Shown: piece after piece, positions 53,483 through 64,000 of the stretch
How positions within the stretch are numbered: the stretch's first letter is position 1
Layout of the letters: each line of letters opens with the position of its first letter
Assembly: GCA_951406725.2 (NCBI GenBank)
Contig: OX597817.1
Coordinates: 106,020,001-106,084,000 of the forward strand
Direction of reading: 5' to 3'
Length of the DNA: 64,000 nucleotides
From: Octopus vulgaris
Taxonomy: Eukaryota
Notes under the pieces: generated by a model
Told to the model about the DNA's origin: nothing
The model's input: only the letters and a program-made list of their open reading frames with translations
The model's database searches: none
Program-made: the position numbers and the translations under genes

Positions 53483-53710
53483 AAGTGGCGAGCTGGCAGA
53501 AACATTAAGCACACCGGGCAAAATGCTTAGCGGTATTTCGTCCGCCGATATGTTCTAAGTTCAAATTCCACCAAGGTTGACTTTGCCTTTCCTCCTTTCA
53601 GGGTCGATTAAATAAGCACTAGTTACGCACTGGGGTCAAGATAATCGACTTAATCTGTTTGTTTGTCCCCTCTGTGTCTAGCCCCTTGTGGGCAGTAAAG
53701 AAATAAGAAC
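53483..53710 (+). mobile_element. SINE family C, young
   Basis: CpG-retaining copy, gtggcgagctggcagaaac…agttcaaattcc. The sequence aagaacaaagtaaac occurs on both flanks (~53456-53470 and ~53705-53719). Confidence 0.85.
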
Positions 53711-56034
53711 AAAGTAAACTGATTCACATTTTTCATATCCAATCAATTAGTGGTACTGTGAAGTTTTGTAAAGCATTCCAAAGACTTTCTACTTGAGTTT
53801 CCTGAAATGAACACTGTGCCATATGTATACTATTACATGTACATATGGTATGTACACACTTACATAAAGAGCTGTCATATACACACATGCTCATATAATT
53901 AAAGTGGTATGTAATCATATATTCACAATTACTGAGAACTGTATTTACTCAGACACACATAAATACATACACGGACAGATGACAACCTAGTTAACATTGT
54001 CTAAATCACAATGCAACAGTCCTATCTTTTAGCTGAAGACTGGCCCCAATAATAATATTGGGAGAGAAATTTGAAAAATTAAACCAGAAAAAGATATACG
54101 CACATGCATTCATTAGATTTATACACACACAAACATGCATACTGAAGAGTCTTCATCCATAGCATCAGACTCACCAATACTTTACAAATGAAATTTGGTA
54201 GTCAGAAGCTGTGCAAAGACTTATCTGTCTGTCTGTGTATATGTAAGAAATGACTCTTTGCAATCAGAGTTTAAATTCTTCCAAGATGTGGATGACCTTG
54301 GTTAATCACCTGAAAATAAAAGCAACCTGTCTAACCAACAGATGGTTAACAGCATTTGCTAAGGTTTCATCTTGCAGTGGATTAACAACTGCTGAATAGA
54401 ATCTCATCATTGCCTCTGTGTTGAGCTTATGATCAAAAGTGTTCTACCTTTGGCCATCCCATCTATTGCTTTTTTTTTTCTGAGCACTGTAATAGAGACA
54501 TTAAAGCATCAGATATATTTTTTAATTTTGTTTATCACATCCCACTGACTTATAAAAGGGACTGCATTAGATATATTAGAACAGTCAATCACACGCAGAG
54601 ACAACTTGATAGTATATACCAGGCTTTCATAATTTCTTTTAGGTGCCCATCTAGATAGTTACCAGACACATCAAGACACTCTCTTGGTCTTACTACTCTT
54701 GCGCTAGCTGTGAAGGCACTGCCAATGACCATTTACAGAGCCTCCAAGACTTGTAAAAAGAAGGGTGTATGTGCTTTTGTTGTTCAACTTTAAAAAAAAA
54801 ACAAATATGTGTGTGTGTTTCACAGAAGTATGCCAACAAAGGATATGAACACCAGCTAGAAAACAGAAAAAGCATGTCCTTTACAAACAAGTTCCTGGAA
54901 ATATTTGTTCTGCATTGATTACAACTGATCCATTACAATCCTAACCCTAACCTTTAAAACTGGAGACCTTTCCCAAATGCTTGCAGCAGAGTAAAATCCA
55001 CTACATAATACCCAAAGTTCCAAGTGTTGATGTTAAACCAGATAGCAGATTAAGTCTTAAGTCTACCATCTAAATAGGTGGAGGCAGGATTTGAACTCAA
55101 AATACAAAAAAAAAAGTATTGTCAGACATCTAATCCAACATTCATACAGTTCTACCCTGGATTAGTACTTCTTTTTGAACACTAAAATGATGAAAGAGAA
55201 AGTTGACCGTGGTGAGATTTTGAACTCACTGCACAGAAACTCCAAACAATAACTGCAAGGCATTCTGTCCAATGCTTAAACAATTCCAACAGTTTCCTGC
55301 CAGAATGAGTGGTGATATTTGTTCTGGTTGTCTACACTCTGAGTTCAAATTTTGTCATGGTCTACAATAACTTTCATCCTTTCAGAGTCAATAAATAAAG
55401 TATTGTCCCAGAGCTAGTGTAGCCTCTTTTTCTCCAGTCATTAGATCCTAAATATTCAGCTGATTCAAGAGTGGGAGGGCCAAGAGAGTGCCTGGATTTG
55501 CTGCTAACTAAATGGGCAACTAAAAGAATTAATGAAAGGTTGGTATATGCTACCAAAATCACATTTATCTGTGAGTGACAATGGTATATTTAATGAAGTC
55601 TCTTCTATAAATCAATAGGATGTGAGTTAAGATAATTTGGCTATTATTTTTATCAGATCAAGTGGTCATGTAGAGGATCTCTTACTGGCTCATATTGTTG
55701 CATGACAGCACTAAAAATCTGATGCATGCTGAATTCATTTTTTTTCCCTTTCAATACTACACAGCTATGAATAAATAAAAGAAAATTACCTAGTGATGTC
55801 ATCTGCAAACAGCAATCATATGTCTTTCCTCACTATCATCCATACATACAGGCATGTCCTTTATGGCCGTGACTCCACTCCCTCTCCCAGCTGAGAAGTT
55901 TTTGCTTTGCAGGAGCCAGTGCCACATAAAATGCACTCATGCCAGTACCATGAAAATGCACCCATGCCAAAACAGACAATTGGAGCCTGGACAGCTCCTG
56001 TCCAACCCATGCCAGCATGGAAAACAGACGTTAA

Positions 56035-56068
<34 letters not shown>

Positions 56069-57767
56069 CAACTACTACAATATGATTGGACAAACTTGAG
56101 TGAATGAATTGGAAAAAATAATGGAGGTAAAGCCTCACTGAAAAATCAAAAGTGGTGGTGGTGGGTGTTGTTATTTTAGTTTGTTGTTGTTTAGTCTCAG
56201 ATCAGCCTTATGGAATGGATTGGAGGCATCACAGTTATGACTATTCCATCATTTTGTATATCAGAAACAACACTGTCCAAGGTATTTACGTTTTTTTTAA
56301 GATGATGAAATGTAATTTGAGGGAAATTTGCCTACTTTTTCTAGGAGGTTGAATGACCACAAACAGGCTAATTTGTTGGCTTAACTAGCTTGTATGAAAA
56401 GCTTTCTTCTTTCTGGTCTTTCTTGCAGCCAGAAGAACCAAATATCACGAACTATACTGATGTTAGGAAAAGATGAAGATCCTGCTATCAGAGGATCCCA
56501 GGAATTCCATGCACAATAGTTAGGCTCACACTCAGTCCAGTTAATTTTGATTGGAAACTTACCATCGTCATCATCATCATCATTGTTTTGTGCCCATTTT
56601 TCTGTCATGGGTTATACATGGTGCTGTCATGGGTTATACAAGTTTATTTCCAGCACAGTATCTTGCCACTTGTTGTACTCCTTAGTCATCTGATTCACAC
56701 AATAGTTGAGTGAAACAACCAACTTTTGGTGTGACTGATAGAAAAATAAAGAATTATATTGGAGTGCTTGTGGAAATTTTTCTCAGATACAATTCAATGG
56801 GTAGGGAAGTTGCCAAATGCTATGACTGTAGAATATTTCATGCTCAGTTCCCTTTAGACAATCCAATAATTATTTTATTGATTCTAGTAAAAACCTACAT
56901 GGAACTGAAACTACTGAAGCATGTTTGTCAAATATAAGCTAGAAGCTAAACTGTTTCTGTAATAGTCTTGCTAGTTCCGTTGTTGACAGATGAGAAAGTC
57001 AACAGTTCTGGATTCCTTTCAAATACAGTAGAGGCTATATAAATAATGACAGGCTTGCCAATGGCATCTGTAACTGAAGAACAACAACGGGGTATAAATT
57101 GAGTCATTTTGTCATACACTGATTTTCTAAAAGAATGATTCCAAAAGAATAGTTGTTGCCATGGTCATTGTACTTTAGCCACAAATCTGCCCTGATCAAG
57201 CAAAGTTATGATTACAAGTATTCCAGCCATGACTGTCCCATTTTTTGAATATCAGGGACTTTTCTGCCCAATGTGTCCCTACATATTTAAGGCAGTAGGC
57301 TGTGATTGACAGGTGATTTGGCCACTATTTCTGGCAGACTGAGTGACTACATAATGGCTTCCTCATTGGTTTATCCAAAAGAATGCTTTAACCTCATGCT
57401 TCCAAATGTTGTTTACCTTACTAAGAACACATTATGAGCATGTCTACATCCTTGTAATACAAAAGGGAATTGCTGCAAAAATCTTTTAAGGAACACACAT
57501 CTCTCCCTCTCTCCCTCTCTCTCTCTCTCCCTCGCTCTCTCTTTCTCCCTCCCCCTCTCTCTTTCTCTCTCTCTCTCTTTGGCACACACACATATGTATA
57601 AGAGTGGTTAAAATGTTTGCTTCCTAGCCATGTGCTTTCAGGTCCACTCTCATGCAAGGCACCTTGGACAAGTGCTTTCTACTGTAGCTCTGTGTCAATC
57701 AAAGTCTTGTGAGTAGATTTGGCAGATAGAAACTGTAAGAAACCCTCACTCCTCTTCCTCCTCCTCC

Positions 57768-58592
57768 TCATCATTTAACATCCCTTTTCCCTGATGGCAT
57801 GGTTTTTATGGGTAGAAACCTTTCCTACCACCAACCACATTACAGCATGTAGTGAATGCTTTTTTCATGACACCAGCACTAATGAGGTAACCGAGTAGCT
57901 TGCAAGACAAGACCCTCTCAACTGAGTGGAATATAATATTGAAGGATGTGAAAGTTTAATAGAAGAACAGGAACAGGCGGCTTGTTGAGGAGATGATACA
58001 TGGCTTTTCTAGCTGGAAGAGAAAGATGGTAAGGACATAACCACAAGTTACAAGGTAAATATGAGTGAGAGAATAGGAGTAGAGAAACGGAAAAGTATGC
58101 TAGAGTGTGAAGAATGTATAATGGGAGTTAGAAGACTGTGGCAGATAATGGGAGTTAGAAGACTGAGGCTGATGCAGTGAATATCAGTTTGAGGGAGAGG
58201 AAGTATAGGTAATAGGAGTAGATCACGGAGAAGGAAGTGATAAGAAGTAGTACTAAGGATACAATGTAAAGTGTAGGAGGGTAAATGGTATCATTTACAT
58301 ACAGTACCTGAGTGAGTGGTAATGCAGTTAGAAGATTATTTACAGGAGAGGGCTTGACAGGACCCTCATATTTGATGAGACAGACATGTCTTCCCAAGCA
58401 CAGCATATCACCATTCATCTCAGTTCTTTTGTAATCGCCTTTGTGAGGCTCACTATTTTGAGGTTATTCTTCACTATTTCATCTGAAATATTCTTGAATT
58501 TCCCTCTTCCACAGTTTTCATCCATGATTAATGATCAGCACTTCTTTACATGGCTGTCACCATCTATCCATATCACATGACCATACTAGTGT

Positions 58593-58653
<61 letters not shown>

Positions 58654-58790
58654 ACAAACCACATCTGAATTTGTTTATACCACATTTTTCTGCTAACACA
58701 GTTTTGCTTTATCCTATATGTACATTAACGATGCACATACAGAGAATCATGCTAGCTTCATTTCTTTCTAAGCTTCACCTGTCCACCATC
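57768..58790 (-). mobile_element. Older RTE-clade LINE 3' portion
   Basis: The minus strand has a WYGHV-like segment (catgaccatact at ~58577), gtggaagaggg matching the GRGRP region, and an RTE-type tail (gttaaatgatga). Confidence 0.55.
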
Positions 58791-58852
58791 ATATATATAT
58801 ATATATGTAATATGTAATTCATATATATATATATATATGTAATATATATGTA

Positions 58853-58982
58853 ATTCTTAAACAAGAATGTTGTTGACAGTGACTTTGAAATTTTCATCAG
58901 CTAAGTCATCATTGACTGTCTGACGAAGGCTTAGCTGACTGAAACTTCAAAGTCACTGTCAAGAATATTCTTGTATAAGAAT
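58853..58982. repeat. Imperfect 130-bp palindrome carrying a hammerhead motif
   Basis: The arms attcttaaacaagaatgttgttgacagtgactttgaa… and …ttcaaagtcactgtcaagaatattcttgtataagaat are reverse complements with scattered mismatches. Confidence 0.9.
58912..58962 (+). ncRNA. Type I hammerhead ribozyme motif (minimal stem III)
   Basis: Reads UUGACUGU-CUGACGA-AGGC-UUAGCU-GACU-GAA-ACUU-CA-AAGU-C-ACUGUCAA. The core is intact with a GUC triplet. Stem I pairs 7/8 and stem II pairs 3/4. Confidence 0.7.
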
Positions 58983-59061
58983 AATAAATTCGTACTCTGC
59001 AAAAGCATAAAGTAATCCATCAGATTAATGTAAATTTGTTTTTATTATAACTCAGTATGAA

Positions 59062-59567
59062 AGATAAAAGACTGAGACCTCTGGAGATATGCTGTGACTG
59101 CGAAGACCCGACAAATAACGTGAGTTCATGGCTGTTTCCTGCACCAGTTTCACATAGCAGCCCTAGCCCATCCAAAGTACCTTGGATTGCAGGACGGCCT
59201 GCTGTGCTTACCTTGGATTGTAGGGCGACCTGCTGTGCTTGAGGAGACCTATTGAGTCAAATACATCAACATAAAAAAATCAAATGGAAATTGTAGTTGT
59301 GATACCTGAGCCAAAGGCACATAAAAAGCACCATCCGAGCGTGGTCGATGCCAGCACCGCCTTGACTGGCTTCCATGCTGGTGGCACATAAAAAGCACCC
59401 ACTACACTCACAGAGTGGTTGGCATTAGGAAGGGCATCCAGCTGTAGAAACACTGCCAGATCAGACTAGAGCCTGGTGCAGCCTCCTGGCTTCCCAGACC
59501 CTGGTCAAACCGTCCAACCCATGCTAGCATGGAAAACAGACGTTAAACGACGATGATGATGATGATG
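59062..59567 (+). mobile_element. RTE LINE 3' end
   Basis: Begins at the DLWRYAV-coding end of the ORF, followed by a 3'UTR like that at 27300-28070 and a (GAT)n tail. Confidence 0.85.
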
Positions 59568-59572
59568 AGATA

Positions 59573-59609
<37 letters not shown>

Positions 59610-59702
59610 TTATATATGAGGATAATATCGATATTTAAGTGTCGAAATTATCAAGTGGCCAGCATGAAAGAAATACCTTATAAAGGTAAAAAAATTTTTA
59701 AC

Positions 59703-60269
59703 AATTAAAAATGAGGGTGTCTAAAAGACACCAACATGCCGAAATAGCAGTCGAAACTCTGACTATAAAACCACGTTAAATGTTCATATCGCACCATGAG
59801 GTAAAGCGGAGGGACAAAACATACAAGCAAAAATTATTGAATAATTCAAGATCCAAGGATTTCTGGTTCTGCTTTAGATAAGCTTTACCGTCATCAATTG
59901 AATATATCAAGGTGCTTATTTTAACCATATCGTACTTATGTGGTGATTTGGTGGGCGATTCAAACTGGCTGTGTCCATACGTGCATATGTATGTATGTAC
60001 GGCGCTCGTATATGTAAGTATATCGTTTGCTGTGCATATATATATCTGTATTTATGTACCCTTGATATATTCAATTGATGACGGTAAAGCTTATCTAAAG
60101 CAGAACCAGAAATCCTTGGATCTTGAATTATTCAATAATTTTTGCTTGTATGTTTTGTCCCTCCGCTTTACCTCATGGTGCGATATGAACATTTAACGTG
60201 GTTTTATAGTCAGAGTTTCGACTGCTATTTCGGCATGTTGGTGTCTTTTAGACACCCTCATTTTTAATT
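59703..60269. repeat. 210-bp apparently perfect inverted repeat (59703-59912 / 60060-60269) with a 147-bp spacer; inverted pLTR-like arrangement
   Basis: The arms were compared by eye and no mismatch was found. Each arm contains an HHR motif. Confidence 0.92.
60069..60128 (+). ncRNA. Variant hammerhead motif (mirror copy at 59844-59903, minus)
   Basis: Reads AUUCAA-UUGAUGA-CGGU…ACCA-GAA-AUCC-UU-GGAU-C-UUGAAU. Stem I is 6 bp, stem III is 4 bp and near-palindromic, and the triplet is AUC. It carries C3U and a C.A at the base of stem II. Confidence 0.6.
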
Positions 60270-60274
60270 ATATA

Positions 60275-60507
60275 TCATCATCATCATCATCATCATCGTT
60301 TAACGTCCGTTTTCCGCGCTAGCACGGGTTGGACGGTTTCGACCGGGGTCTGGGAGCTAGGGACTGCCCCAGGCTCCAGTCTAGTCTGGCAGTGTTTCTA
60401 CAGCTGGATGCCCTTCCTAACACCAACCACTCTGCGAGTGTAGTTGGTGTTTTTTACGTGCCACCTGCACAGGTGCCAGAGGGGTCTGGCATCGGCCACG
60501 TTCGGAT
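60275..60507 (-). mobile_element. RTE LINE 3' end (probably continues at 61280-61460)
   Basis: (CAT)n tail, then the reverse complement of the RTE 3'UTR. It breaks at …cggat, and similar UTR sequence resumes at 61284 (ggatagtgcttttt). Confidence 0.8.
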
Positions 60508-60589
60508 ATATATATATATATATAACCAATATGACAGCATTGTGCAATGTTTCACCTAAAAGAAGAATTACAAATTCACTAAATACAAT

Positions 60590-60902
60590 TAGGATGTTAG
60601 AAAACGCATACATTGCTAGAAATAAGAGCTAAAATGCTCTAATGCAGTAGTTAATGCATATAAATGAAAACATATACACTAACAGGGACCATAATCGTCC
60701 AAAAAGTGCCATTCAAGAATACTTAATACTGACACATCAGTTTCAGTGATTTCCATCACCTCATCAGTTAAGCCAGCTCAGCTTCGGCTCTTTCTGGACT
60801 CACTACACCATTAATATTTATGTTTTCAGTCATGTGCATTAGCTATAGTATCAGAGCATTTAGTTCTTATTTCTTGGAATGTGGGTGTTTTCTAACACCC
60901 TA
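60590..60902. mobile_element. Fold-back element: ~85-bp imperfect inverted arms (60590-60675 / 60818-60902) enclosing a hammerhead; partial direct copy of the left arm at 61166-61272
   Basis: taggatgttagaaaac…cattgctagaaataagagctaaaatgctct…tgaaaacata matches the reverse complement of tatgttttca…agagcatttagttcttatttct…gttttctaacacccta. Confidence 0.8.
60721..60773 (-). ncRNA. Near-canonical type I hammerhead ribozyme
   Basis: Reads GCUUAA-CUGAUGA-GGUGAU-GGAA-AUCACU-GAA-ACUGA-UGUG-UCAGU-A|UUAAGU. All core nucleotides are present. Stem I is 6 bp, stem II is 6 bp with a GGAA tetraloop (G.U at 10.1-11.1), and stem III is 5 bp. Predicted cleavage is after the GUA at 60727. Distal stem I pairing is 60786-60799 with 60697-60710. 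Confidence 0.88.
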
Positions 60903-60904
60903 GT

Positions 60905-60978
<74 letters not shown>

Positions 60979-61513
60979 TATATATATATATATACAGGGT
61001 GTGGTGAATATATGAATATATTCTTCACTATTTCATTATGCAAAAAAATTTCGCCTACTATACTGTGTAGTTGACAAAATCAAAAACAAACAATGCACAT
61101 GTGCAAAATAAAATATATAATATGTTGTACCAAATCAGAAAACTGTAATTGTCACTTAATATGAGTAGGGTGTTTGAACACCTACATTGCTAGAAATAAG
61201 AGATAAAAAGCTCTAATGCTGTAGTTAAAGCACATAACCGTATACATATATACTGATAGGGGTTGTAATCCATAGACTACACTTGGATAGTGCTTTTTAG
61301 ATACCACCAGCATGGGGAGCCAGTCAGGTGACACTGGCATCAACCCATGCTTGAATATTGCTTATTATGTGCCAGCAGCACGGGTGCCCGTTAGCTAGCA
61401 CTGTCATCGGCCACAACTACAATTTCCATTTCGGTTTCAATCTTGATTTGCTTTTGATTTTGATTTTTGATTATATATCTATATATATCTATATGTGTAT
61501 ATATATATATATA

Positions 61514-61571
<58 letters not shown>

Positions 61572-61575
61572 TATA

Positions 61576-62859
61576 CGAAAGGTGTATGAAAAGTTTTGAG
61601 CCTCAAAAAAACAAAACATGGTATAAGACTTCTGGTGATTTATTTTTCAACATAGTCCCTCTCGATGGCTAAACACTTTCTCCAGCAGTGCTGAAGCGCT
61701 ATTATCCTGGTGCCGAAAAACTCTTATGTTTGAGACTCCAAGAAACATCCTACAGCATTTATGACGTCATTGTCACTGGCAAAATGGTAACCAGCCAGGG
61801 CTTTTTTCATTTTTGGAAATAGATGAAAGACAGAGGGGGCTAAGTCTGGTGAATTAGGCGGATGGGGAACAAGTTCATATCCACAATCACGAATTGTTGC
61901 CATGGCAACCCCTGAGGTGTGTGCTGGAGCATTGTCATGATGAAAAAGGACTCCTCTGGTGAGCATTCCCAGCCTTTTTTCTTTGATTGCTTCTTGGAGG
62001 CACTTCAATAGCTGAGAATAATACAGCCCTGTCCCGGTGTGACCCTATTCAAGGTAATCGATCAGCAAAATGCCTTGAGAATCCCCAAAAATGGACGCCA
62101 TGACCTTACCAGCTGAAGGAATGACCCTGGCCTTCTTTGGGGTTGAAGATGTGTGCTTCCACTGCTTTGATTGTTCTTTGGTTTTAGGCTGGTAGTGATG
62201 AACCCAACTTTCGTCCATAGTAATGAAACAAGCAAGAAAATTCTCTTCATCGGCTTCAAACAGTTCCAGATTGCTCATGGACAAAGTGCATCTGGTGCGT
62301 TTCTGTTCAGGAGTCAAAAGGTGGGGGACCCACCTTGCGCAAACCTTTGAGAACCCAAGTTCTTTTATCACAATATTGTCTGCTCTTTCAGTTGAAATGC
62401 CCAGCCTCTTGGCTATCTGACGACATGATATTCAGCAATCTTGCATTATCATACCAAGAGCAAGGTCAATATTGTGATTGCAGTTGGAGGTCTCCCTGGT
62501 CTGGGATCAACTTCCACGCTCTCCCTGCCACGCTTGAATTCATTTACCCAGCGTTTGACTGTTGCATATGAAGGAGCATTGTCTGTTAAGGTTCTCACCA
62601 TATTTTCATGGATTTCTGATGGAGTCATGCCTTTCAAATGAAGGTACTTTAAGACAGCATGATACTCAGTTTTCTCCATTTTCCTTGTAAACTCGAAGCT
62701 TGTTTATTCTAAAATCTGCAACAAAAAGAATTAAAATATCAGAATCATGAAAATGAGCAAGAATACTCCGAAAAGACTGTACTTACCAGAAAAAAATTGT
62801 TTCAGCTATATAGCAGTGCCGTTTCTAGGTTAGGCTCAAAACTTTTCATACACCCTTCG
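61576..62859 (-). mobile_element. Full-length mariner (Tc1/mariner, DD34D) DNA transposon, irritans/Himar1-like
   Basis: 28-bp TIRs cgaa[a/g]ggtgtatgaaaagttttgagcct (61576-61603, 62832-62859) with 1 mismatch, TA on both sides, total length 1284 bp. Confidence 0.95.
61640..62679 (-). pseudogene. Inactivated mariner transposase
   Basis: Reads MEKTEY…GRP, WVPHLL, MDESWVHHY, SAGKVMASIFGDSQG, FHHDNAPAH, PPNSPDLAPSVFHLF, …RDYVEK*. It has one frameshift (~62475) and in-frame stops (~62432, 62045, 61724). The third catalytic D, 34 residues after the second, is replaced by V. Confidence 0.93.
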
Positions 62860-62966
<107 letters not shown>

Positions 62967-62973
62967 ATATATA

Positions 62974-64000
62974 TCATCATCATCATCATATTTATTGTTT
63001 AACATCCGCTTTCCATGATAGTATGGGTTGGACGATTTGACTGAGGACTGGCGAACCAGATGGCTGCACCAGGTTCCAATCTTGATCTGGCAGAGTTTCT
63101 ACAGCTGGATGCCCTTCCTAATGCTAACCACTCCAAGTATGTAGTGGGTGCTTTTACGTGCCACCGGCATGAGGGCCAGTCAGGCAGTATTGGCAACAGC
63201 CACGCTCAAATGGTGTCTTTTATGTGTCACCTGCATGGGAGTCAGTCCAGCAGCACTGGCAATGACTTCGCTCGATTGTTTTTTCACGTGCCAGTAAGGC
63301 GATGCTGGTAATGATCATGCACAAATGGTGCTTTTTACGTGCCACCAGCACAGAAGCCAGTTAGTTGCTCTGGCAATGATCATGCTCGGATGGTGCTCTT
63401 AGCGCTCCACTAGCACGGATGCCAGTCATCGAATTTGATTTTGATTTCGATTTCACTTGCCTGAACAGGTCTTTGCAAGCAGAGTTTAGTGTCCAATGAA
63501 GGAAAGGTATGCATAAGGGGCTGGTTACACCCCTGGCATAGGCCACGAGGTTATAGTCTCAATTGGCTTGCCGGGTCGTCTCAAGCACAGCATATTTCCA
63601 AAAGTCTCAGTCACTAGTCATTGCCTCGGTGAGGCCTAATGTTTGAAGGTCATGCATCACCACTTCATTCTAGGTCTTCTTGGGTCTACCTTTTCAACAG
63701 GTTCCCTCAACCGCTAGGGTGTGGCACTTTTTTACAGAGCTATCCTCATCCATTCTCGCCACATGACCATACCAGCGCAGTCATTTCTCTTGCGCACCAC
63801 ATCTGATGCTTTTTAGGTCCAACTTTTCTCTCAAGGTACTTACACTCTGCTGAGTATGCACACTGACATTACACATCCATCGGATCATACTGGCTTCATT
63901 CCTTGTGAGCTTACGCATGTCCTGAGCAGTCACAGCCCATGTTTCACTGCCATGTAGCATGCATCATACAGTCTACCTTTTACTCTGAGCGAGAGACCAA
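62974..64000 (-). mobile_element. RTE-clade LINE 3' portion (same family as 26700-28076), runs off the window end
   Basis: The reverse complement encodes LHGSETWAVTAQDMRKL…WYGHVARMDED…, followed by the repetitive 3'UTR and a (GAT)n tail. Confidence 0.92.

Noticed and set aside
54938-54955. Telomere-like CCTAACCCTAACC
   Set aside because: Only two units, which is expected by chance.
61724-62679. SETMAR-like host gene or active transposase
   Set aside because: There is no SET domain, the TIRs and TA TSD are intact, and the ORF is broken by stops, a frameshift and a catalytic D-to-V change.

Overview
AT-rich, microsatellite-dense eukaryotic DNA that looks intronic or intergenic. The repeat complement points to an octopus or other coleoid cephalopod genome; this is inferred from the repeat families and not checked against a database. 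No intact protein-coding gene is recognisable, and nearly all ORFs in the track are microsatellite or repeat artefacts. The window holds at least four tRNA-headed SINE families, several RTE-clade LINE fragments with (GAT)n tails, one full-length but dead mariner (irritans/Himar1-like) element, piggyBac-type (TTAA) and hAT-Charlie-type MITEs, and a decayed Penelope-like (PLE) GIY-YIG endonuclease fragment. The most notable signal is about a dozen type I hammerhead ribozyme (HHR) motifs on both strands. One is near-canonical (60721-60773, minus) and sits at the apex of a ~310-nt fold-back. Several others are built into perfect or near-perfect palindromes (41393-41524, 58853-58982, 59703-60269), so both strands carry a ribozyme copy. 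Another subgroup has greatly expanded stem II inserts. All structures were folded by eye and need computational and biochemical confirmation.
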